A stretch of DNA of 63,972 bases, filler included, from Klebsormidium nitens (lineage: Eukaryota > Plantae > Klebsormidiophyceae): NCBI GenBank assembly GCA_000708835.1. It is 4 parts of 4 records of this genome, joined end to end, with 100 filler letters (N's around TTAATTAATTAA, not from the genome) between each part and the next. Parts side by side here need not be neighbours in the genome. Positions count along the whole stretch, not along the records: positions 35,381 to 61,069 come from DF237834.1; 3 more parts are not named here. One strand, written 5' to 3'. Shown one piece after another: positions 49,112 through 58,417 of the stretch. The position numbers were made by a program, and so were the translations under genes. Numbering within the stretch: position 1 is the first letter of the stretch; each line of letters opens with the position of its first letter. A model generated the notes under the pieces. It was not told the DNA's origin. It saw only the letters and a program-made list of their open reading frames with translations, and made no database searches.

Positions 49112-50137
49112 TCAAGATCTCTCTGAGGTCGTGGTGTTGGAGGCCCACGGAGGCAGCTTCTTTGGGATCTTCGCCGCAAAAGCCCGGGCTTCCGCCACGT
49201 TCTCTTTCCGCGCTTCTCGAAAGTCCTCAAGCACTCTGCCAGTAGCCGTTCTTCAGGAATGGACCGAGCAGATCCTTCCGCTTTGCCTGCCACAAGGAAA
49301 GGTTGATCTTGAGAGCTAAGCTGTCAAGATTCCCAACCTGCACCGGGTTAGGGTTCGTTCTTGCCTCTACCAGCATCTTCGCGACCACATACCCCAGCAG
49401 CTTGGCCCCCATTTTATCTCCCACTGCTAGTTCTCCATCCACCAGAAAGTTAGCCACGAAATCGTTCAAACGGTATTCCGTGGACTGCCCTGCCTGCAGT
49501 TTCATGAGAGCATCCCAGAACACACTCTCAAAAGTGTCCGGGTACGCGTCCCAAGACTTCAGCAGCTCCTTAGCAAGCGGTGTGTACACCAGGTCTCTGG
49601 CCCTTGCGTCCACGCTCCCACTAGCATCGTACCCGCGTTTGCACAGCTCCTGTACCTGCCAAAGACATAAGAAACGGCCTGCGCAGGGGTGCCGGCTGTG
49701 TCGCTTTCCGACTTCTCTGGATCAGGCTGACTGTCGATGGCTTCAGGAATCGTTTCAGCTGCTCTCCAGGCGAATGAGAAAGTGTCGCTGGTCCACGCTT
49801 TTCCATTGTCATACAGACACGTGTACCACGGGACTTTCAGGACGTCTGCGCCGAGGAGCAGGCAGCTCTGACCGTCGCTCAGGACACCCCGGATGACGTC
49901 AGCAGCCGCGTCAAGCCCTTTGATGAACAATCCTCCGTTAGCCAGTTCGTGCGCCGTTTGTGCTGCGTGGAAGCTCGGAGGGAAAAGTGAGGCGTTTTGT
50001 TCAAAACAGGTCTTGTCCGTCACAAACTCTTCCTGGTGCACCAAATGCTGCCTTCCGGCGAAGCATGTCACCGCCAGTGCTGCCGGTGCTGCTAAGAAGA
50101 GAGCGCGCCTCGCAAAACCGGCGCTGCCTGCAGCCAT
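49112..50137 (-). pseudogene. Frameshifted paralog of the unknown gene at 52216-53376
   Basis: Three frames together align with the intact copy (e.g. ELLKSWDAYP..FESVFWD.LMKLQAG and KENVAEARAFAAKI). Frameshifts lie near 49660 and 49250. Confidence 0.8.
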
Positions 50138-50836
50138 TTTGTTCAGCAAGAGGGCTGTGAAACTGATCGGTGGGAATGCGGTTTGGAGGAAGAGAAATTC
50201 CACTACCTCCTGCCGAAGAATGACTTAGAAGGGTGCGTATACGGCATGACGTGCAGGCGCCGCGCTGGCACGCGGCCGCGCGCGCCCGGTTGCGTGCCTC
50301 AACTTCCCAGGGTTTAAGAATGATTTAAAGTCGGCACTGGATCGGACGGTCGCAGCGGGCGGCCGCGAAGCAACGTACCCAGCGGCCGGGCATATTCTAA
50401 AGCTCAAGTCCCCTGGAGTCCCACAACGTCAGTCTAGAGCGAGCCACATCAACTGAAAAAAGAATCAAACTTCATGGCAGAAAGGGCCAAGGTAGGCGAG
50501 CAATTGCCCGTGCAGGCACTTTGGCGGTGCCCGAGGTGAGGTGCTTCTTGCCAACGACCTGCTAGCTCCAGTACTTCGAATTCCGGATCCGTTCGATCTG
50601 TCATTCATACTTTCCTAAGTTGATTTCTGCTTCTTGAGGCTATGACTCCAGTCGGCAGAGGGGAGGATGGCGATATCTCCGACGCCGAGTCCGACGCCGA
50701 GGCGGGGCGGCACTGCGAATGCCCTGCTCAACTGTTTCTACTCTTACAATGTGTTACCTGGAGCCGTTGCGATTGCGACTCCGAACGGCCGCAGTTTCTG
50801 AGCTCCTTGTAAGGGTCAAGCAGGAGTCAAGTTTGA

Positions 50837-51010
50837 GACCTTCAACGGAGCGTATTAGCGGGCCAACGAATTGCCGAATCACTCCGGTCATCAAAGTAGG
50901 GATAGCAACCTGCTGCGCGCTCTGCTCGCTTCTCATATGAGCACCGCCTTGTTACTGGTGCCAACTGAACGGCTGGCAATTACCAAGCTTGCCGAAAATA
51001 ACAAGATGCT
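50837..51010 (+). pseudogene. Decayed duplicate of PEPC last intron end and last exon start
   Basis: 50985-51010 matches 47955-47980 at 23/26 nt (KLAENNK). Upstream blocks gacc.tcaac..agcgt, agcaacctgct and tctcatat match 47841-47920. Confidence 0.7.
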
Positions 51011-51547
51011 TCCGAGGCTCCGAGTAGCGGCTGGGACAAGTCAGAAACTAGAAGGCGTCACTAGTTCTGCCAGATCAGCGGAAATAGCTGACTTTTAGGT
51101 CCATTGCAGGAGATCTGTGATTAGAAGCGTCACAGATTAAAAGCGTAAATTTGAGAACGCAGATCGGGTGTGAGCGGCAGTCACGACGTGTTGAGAACGC
51201 TGGTAGTGGTGGCGGAACTATCGCTCCACGTCAATAGTCACTAGTAACACCCTGGCTGTGCGTTGAAGACGGGCGCATGAGACAGCGAGATTTGGAGTAA
51301 TCGAGTCGGTTATTCTGCGGTGGTGCCGCGCGCCAAGGGATTGGGGATAACCTTCTCTGCTCGAGGTCACCATAGAAAAGAGGCCTTCATTTGGGATACG
51401 AGGCGGAAAATGCGAGCATTTTTGGCAACTTCATCCATGACTTAGCGTTAGGGGCGCTGCAGTTATTTCGCAAGCATTGGCAACCTGAAGACTCTCGTAA
51501 TTAGAATCAAGACGCTTAACCGACCTTCATCTGATTTTCAAGAGCAT

Positions 51548-51663
51548 ACTGCCCATGCGTCTCAGGTTGTAAGCTGGCACTGTATGAGCATTCTGATGGT
51601 GACATACACTGCCCATGCTTCTCAGGTTGTAAGCTGGCATTGCAGGAGCGGTCTGACGGTGAC
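51548..51663. repeat. 60-bp tandem duplication (2 units)
   Basis: actgcccatgc.tctcaggttgtaagctggca occurs at 51548 and 51608. Confidence 0.85.
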
Positions 51664-52215
51664 GTAGTAATGATGCTTTCAATAGGCGGGACGACAATCG
51701 TATCCACAGTGAAATAACCAGCCTAATCTGGCCATGCCCTCTATTACATGCATGAATTTATGATTGGTTGAGCCGGACAATCCATTATAGACTTTAGACT
51801 ATTCATGGAGTCATGCCTCTGTATCAATCGGATTGTCGGTCGACGCAACCTTGGCGGGCAGAACTTGCAAGGATGTCGTAGTGTTAGCTTGTATTCTAAA
51901 CATGCTGCCGTTAATCGGCCGGGATGACTTGACATGCAAGTCGTTGAAACAGCCACTAGTTTGACATGTCGATAATGGATTTATGCCACTTCATTCGTGC
52001 ACGCTTAAGCCTTGCGGTTCAAATGCTTAAAAAGGTTGCAACCAGCTGATTAGTGTCTTATTCAAGCTACATTGCAGGCCTCCAAAGTAAAACATCATAC
52101 TGGACATTGACATATGGCGATGTTTTGTTTCTACAAGTCAAGACAGGGGAACGTCACTTTACTTTGGAAACTTACAATCCCTCGCGTCTTCGTTCCCCTG
52201 TTTGATGCTTTTCTT

Positions 52216-53376
52216 TCACTTCCATCTGCTGAACAAGGAAGTAGCCTCTTGAAACTTGGCTATCCAACGTCTCAAATCGAATGAGATTGGGGTGTGAGAA
52301 ACCCAAGGAGGCGACTTCTTGGTGATCTTCGCTGCAAAAGCCCGAGCCTCCGCCACATTTTTTTTTCTCGCTACCTGAAAGTCCTCAGAAATATCGCCAA
52401 CAAAGCCGGTCTCCTTCAAGAAAGGACCCAGAGCCTCCTTCTGCTTCCCGAAGTATAAGTTAAGGGCGATTTCACGAGCCAAGCTGGCAAGATTCTCGAC
52501 CTGCACCGGGTCAGGATTCGTCCTCGCCTCTACCAGCATCTTCTCGCGCATCTTAGCCAGGAGCTTGACCCCCAGTTTATTCCCCACTGCTAGTTCTCCA
52601 TCCACCAGAAATAGAGCCACGAAGTTGTTCACACGGAATGACGTATGCCGCCCTGCCTGCAGTTTCATGAGGACATCCCAAAAGACACTTTCAAAGACGT
52701 TGGGGTATGCGTCCCAGGACTTTAGCAGCTCCTCAACAAGTGGTTTGTAAACGGGTTCTTTGAGCCTTGAGTCCATGGTCCGACTGAGTTCATACCCGTG
52801 TTTGCGCCCCAGCTCCTCTATCCGGTCGAAGACAAAGCGAACAGCCTGCACAGGGGGGCCGGCTACGCCCATCCCTTTCTGGGACTCATCCAGAATGCCA
52901 ATAGTCATCTTGTCTGAACCAATACCGTTTTCCTTCGAAAGGCTGTCCCGCTTCTCTGAACAACTCTGAGTCTCCGCCTTTTGAGGACTTAACTCTGCTC
53001 TTGTAGAGAAGGAGAAGGCGTTGTTGCTCCACGCTTTTCCCTCACCGGGCAGATTTGTGTACCACGGAGCTTTGAGAACACCTTCGCCAAGAAGCACGCA
53101 CCTCTGACCACCTTTCAGGGCACTTCTGATTGCTTCCGAAACCACGTCAAGCCCTTTGGTAAACAAAACCGGCCTGGTTGCAGACTCCTGCGCCCTCAGA
53201 GCAGAGTGGAAGCAGCTCGGAGGAAAAGGCGGGGCACTGTCTTGGAGATTGGTGATTTCCACCACAAGAGTTTCCTTCTGCGCTGCAAGGTGTTGACCAG
53301 ATAAGCATGGCACCGCCGATGCTGCCGGTGCTGTTAGGGATAGAGCGCGCCTCGTGATGCTGATTCCGCCTGCCAT
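52216..53376 (-). CDS. Intronless hypothetical protein (386 aa), unknown family
   Basis: Uninterrupted ATG-to-stop ORF. Conservation against the neighbouring paralog supports coding status. Confidence 0.75.
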   Translation of the reverse strand: MAGGISITRRALSLTAPAASAVPCLSGQHLAAQKETLVVEITNLQDSAPPFPPSCFHSALRAQESATRPVLFTKGLDVVSEAIRSALKGGQRCVLLGEGVLKAPWYTNLPGEGKAWSNNAFSFSTRAELSPQKAETQSCSEKRDSLSKENGIGSDKMTIGILDESQKGMGVAGPPVQAVRFVFDRIEELGRKHGYELSRTMDSRLKEPVYKPLVEELLKSWDAYPNVFESVFWDVLMKLQAGRHTSFRVNNFVALFLVDGELAVGNKLGVKLLAKMREKMLVEARTNPDPVQVENLASLAREIALNLYFGKQKEALGPFLKETGFVGDISEDFQVARKKNVAEARAFAAKITKKSPPWVSHTPISFDLRRWIAKFQEATSLFSRWK

Positions 53377-54518
53377 TGCGTTGGACGAGAGGACTTTCGT
53401 TCCGATCCAGGAGGCTGTGCTTTTCAGAAGTACCCGACAATCTTTTTGAAGTCCAACTGCAGAAAGAACTTTGTTCTGCAGCTATCCAGAGGAGCTACGT
53501 GACGGACATGCGATTGCTACAATCGGCACGCGGCCGCGCTCGCATGGTTGCGCGGCGAGATGCAGGGTTTTACAATGGTTCGAAATTTCTGTACACGGAC
53601 GAGCGCAGCGGCCGCGACGCGACGCCGCCCGCTAGAACGGCGCCACGCTCGAATACACTGACATTCTTTACTGATACGCTTCAGTGTTTAGGACCTGCTA
53701 GATAGGAAGACAGGAAGACAGGATGACAGGGATTCAAATCAATCATTGCCGGTCGTTTGCCAGCTTCTCAGCACACGTCCGGCCGCTCTAGGACGATCTT
53801 GCGGCGTGATACTTCGAGCGATTAGGCTGATGACAAAATATTCGTCGAGGTTTCCTCTCACAAGCTCCCATTCCTTTCAAGCCGATCATCAACAATTCCC
53901 TCTCAAAAGTGTGCTCAATTGTCGATACACTCAGAGCTTACCCTGAGCTTATCTAAGGGGTGAGTTCGAAGGTGCTGGTCCCGCAAGTGGTCGGACAGGG
54001 CTACGATGCTTTTCTGCTAGTCCATAATCATATTCTGCTGGAAGTTCGACTCGAGGGGCGCCACTGAATAAACGGGACATCTTCTGAACTACTACGGCTT
54101 TGACCCGACTTCGTCTCGTCGTTTCGGTCACTTTGGTAGCTAGTCTGACGGTGTGGGCCGGGCTGTCTCCAGTGACTCAGAGTCCTTACAGCAATCTACT
54201 TACATAGTTGGGATCCCTGGGAATGTCCTGCAAAGTCACGAGATGTATCCGAGAGTTCAATCATTATACAAGACAGATGACTTATTCATCCCGATTCAGG
54301 AATTTAACGGAAGGAACAAGTACATGGGTACTCAGAGTCATTAGTACGCGCGCATGACTTCCTGACATTCGCAGGCCCCATTGACGCACTTGCCCACAAA
54401 GATGTGGCGCGAACATCAGATCGATCGCCAAAGATCCAGGGCTTGGGCTCATGAGCCGTTGTCTGACCCCCGAAAGTAAGCCATTCTAAATTCTCTTTCC
54501 GCGCGGCTTTATGTGCAG

Positions 54519-57500
54519 ATCAGACGGTGACACGACGTCGTGGCCGCGTTCTTGGAGGACGCAGCCGCCCGGCAGGACCTCCGCTTCCAGCTCAAGCGGA
54601 TTCCGGACGTCGAGCGCCTCGCGCGGAAGCTGGAGACCAAGCGGGCCAGCCTGGCGGACCTTGTCAAATGAGCTCTCTGAGGCTTTCCGGTGCTCGTGAT
54701 GGCTGTTCTGTGTATTCTTTCTGCATTCTTCTGTATTTCGAGGGAGTTAACAAAGCCACATAGGAAGCACAAAATGCGGAAGGGGACAGACCTAGAGCGG
54801 CCTAGGTGCTGCCGATGGAACGAAGTCCGCGGAGGGCAGCCAGAATCGATCGCCGGATTTTGCTCGTTTGTGCTTCTAGTCTAAGTCTCCAAATGTTTCT
54901 GGCTGTATTATCTATGCTTGCGAGAACATTGTCGGATCATGCAATATCCTGAGAGTTTGCAATCCTGGGATTTTGCAATCATAGACCGACTGCAAGCTGG
55001 TGCGTTCCGTCCGCTCGATTCTTCCTCTTCGTTACAATTACTCCTGGCGCATACAGCTGACGCTGATCACGCGTTCACCTCGGCTGCGGACTGGTGTCAA
55101 TATCTCTGCGCCGAGGACCAGAATGACGTCAGCTTCATCAGGAATGGCTGCACTCATCATATCATCAATGCCCTCGCCGCGTCAAAAAACTATTATTGCG
55201 AGCTCCATTTGACCACGACCTTCCGATCCACGCCGTTACGTGGTGGAAAAAGCTATCAGAAGGCCGTTCAATGCCCCTGAAATTCGGGTTCCCTAGCTAA
55301 TTCTATTAACCCTGATCCAGGTGCGCGGCAAGAGTAGTTCTAGCTGGTCACCGGCCCCAACATGGGTGGCAAGTCGACTATCATCCGCCAGGTCGGTGTC
55401 AACGTGCTCATGGCCCAGGTCGGCTGCTTCGTGCCCTGCGACTCTGCGAACTTCAGCGTGCAGCGACTGCATCTTTGTGCGCGTCGGCGGAGACTGTCAG
55501 GTGAGTCAACAAGCGGAGGCGGAACGTTTTCCAGTGTTGCCGGGGTTATCAGGAGTCTGCTGGCTTTGGACCCCCTCCATCTGCCTTCATCGGATTGTGT
55601 CGAAGCTCAAGCGTAAATGATACCAGAATCGAAGCCTGTTGAAAGGCCGTGACCCCTTTGTTCGATTGCTCGTTAGACGTGCGGACTCGTTTTGTTGAAT
55701 TCAGTCAAGCATGTTTCTAGGCGACTCAGTTTGTTGTGCTGTTGCAACTGCGCTGCCTGTCGTCTATTGCAAAGGCTGAAGTCAACGTCAAAATCTGTCT
55801 TGTCCAAGACTCCCCTTTGAAGACTACAACTTCAACGTCGACATGCAGTCACGTCATTTCCTGACCGTCCGCTTTTCCCGCTGCGCCATGAGCTGCGCGG
55901 CGTGTCGACTTCTTGGCGGAGATGCTGAAGATGAGCGCGATCCCTAAGGCGGCCACCCAGAACTTCCTCATTCATCATTGACGAACTAGGGCGGGGCACG
56001 TCCACCTACGACGGCTTCGTGAGCGGACTACGACAGTCCCGTTCGCTTCTGGATTTCAGACGTAAGCGGCACTGGCCGTGGAGTGATGCAGCACAATCTC
56101 TTATTGCGTGGCTTTCGACCACTTGCCTGAGGGCGCGCGCAAGCAGTCTCTTTGAGATCACTTGAATTGGAGGAGCGCTCTGCCCTGACTTCGAGGTGGA
56201 TAGGTTTGTTTTCAACCCTTGTTTCAGGCCATCTGCGAGTGCATATATATATCATCTGCATATAGCATCTGCACGCGCATGCTCCGCTCTTTCAGACTCG
56301 GTTTGAAATCCCACCGAAGCTTCTCGCTCGTTGTTTTCTCCTTACACGTTGTTCCCTGAACGAACGAAGCAAGGCCAACCCACCGGGCCAGCTTTTCTCG
56401 GGTCTCGCGTTGGCCCTTGTGGATATTGTCGGATGTCAAGCGCGTCGCAAGTCTGTCTCCGTCTCACAGATTAGTGTTCTCGCCGAGCCCGTTGACTTCG
56501 TTTTGACAATCTGCAGGTCTCGTCTGGGCTGTTTGCGCTACCTGCCTGACATCAGGCGCTTCTCACTCTGTTCGCAACCCACCTCTAAAAACCATCGTTA
56601 TCGCTGTTGTCCTAAACCTTGACTTTCGGCAGGTTTCGCGACGTGGACCATCCGTGAGTATCCGACCAAAGTCACGCGCGCACCGCTCTATTCGCGTCCT
56701 CAAACTGTCACCATTCCCGATCCTGGGCCAGACTATCGCACTTGCTGACTGTGTTCACCATTTTCAATGCACTGCAGGTCTTGCGTGGGCAATTTGCGTG
56801 TATCTGACCGAAGTCACACGCGCGCCCACTTTGTTCGCGGCCCACTTCCACGAGCTGACCCCCCTCGCCAGCACCGCCCCGGTGCACGGGCCTCCGAGGG
56901 GTCCCCCGGTCGGGGATAGGCCAACTGTTACGTCAGCGCACATCTTGACGAGGAGACGCAGCTCACGATGCTGTACAAGATGAGCGCCTCGGTGGTGTGT
57001 TTTTTGCGGGGAACGATCTCAGAGTCATTTGATCGAAGTGGAGGGTAATTGTCTCCTTTGGGGCAGCACTCGGGGCTAGTAGCAGAGTCGGGGTTCTTGC
57101 GCTGGCCTCCTCTTTGTTGTAGACGTTTTCGGGGAAGAACCCGGAGAAAGGCCGCAGAAGACTGTCCGCCCCAGATGAATCCCGCTGCCTTTCTTCCTCA
57201 GTCCATTTGCGCCGAGCAATTACTTCACGCCAACCTTGGGCGGGCCGAAATTGTGTTTGGAGGATATTGTCAAAGACAAGTGTGCACCCCTTAGTGCTAC
57301 TTACGTTGCCGCGAATCACATACTCCAAAGAAAGACAAGTTTCGTGAGCCGTACTTAATCAAGCTCCTTTTGCTTCGCTACCAGCAGGTCGGTGTCAAAC
57401 GGAAACGAGTGTCGGGGCCAGATGTCCGCACGAAGATCCGCCCGCGTGCGCAGCTTCCTGCGGCACTTCGCCGTTCTGCCAAACGACAAAAGGAGCCCCG

Positions 57501-57619
57501 ATGAGGCAGCGAAACCCGCAGAGGACCTCAAAAAGTCGTTGGAGCAGGACGCGGCAGCCAACCCAGGGCTTCAAGAAGGCTTCAAGAGGGCTACAACAGA
57601 TCCTGTGGCTTGCAAATGA
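54519..57619 (+). pseudogene. MSH2: MSH2 (MutS homolog 2) unprocessed, truncated pseudogene
   Basis: Exon remnants in MSH2 order: HDVVAAFLEDAAARQDLRFQLKRIPDVERLARKL (stop before and after); DVSFIRNGC; [38 protein letters not shown]; LRGVST; IIDELGRGTSTYDGF; GLAWAIC..APTLFAAHFHELT; LTMLYK; FLRHFAVLP..LEQDAA. Multiple stops and frameshifts. Confidence 0.9.
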
Positions 57620-58417
57620 CCAAGCTTTCAAAACCTGCCTATACTAAAGGCCCGTGGTTCGACCTTCGGCTTCCTATCCTACACGGGCAGGGTACACCGA
57701 AATTGGCGTCTAACTAAAGTCTGAGGAAGGCCCAGCAGTCGGGCAGTCGGAGCAGCCTGCTTAGATGCTAAGGGCTTTTGTCTACAATAATGATCCCGAG
57801 CTCCGATTCGGCGCTCAACCGTCGTGATCCCGAACGCGTAATATGTTTGATCCTATTCAGCCAGCAAGCAACTTGCGAACTTAACATGTGCTACTGACAT
57901 GTCCATGCAATGTGCAAACGAGTAAATGCATCCGTCGGATGGTGAATATAATCTTAACTGAGGAATCGCAGTCAACGAATGTGCATGGATTGACTGCATA
58001 GCAGAGCTAATCAAACGTATGTATAAACATATTCACATGCATGCAACGTGGATCTATCATGTGTTTGACCCACTACCAGCCTGAGACAACCCATGCCTTG
58101 GATCTGCGTAAATTTGGACGAGGCACGTGACCTGAATTTTGCCAAGTCGATCAATTTGCTAGGTTTGAAACGGAGTACTGACAGTGAGCAGGCTTGACCA
58201 ATAGCGCTTGAGGCACATCGAGTGGAGAGTTGACACGAGGTTGACACATCATATCAAGAGTCGCTTACATTCATTATGGCTTGTGATGGAACTTGTACGT
58301 ACATAAGTTAGGACGCAATTGAGGTCACAAATGTAAGGCAATCACCATGCTGAAGATAACCGAAAGCATATGACGCGTGATGGATTAGTGCAATCCTTGC
58401 TTATATCATTCACTTTC

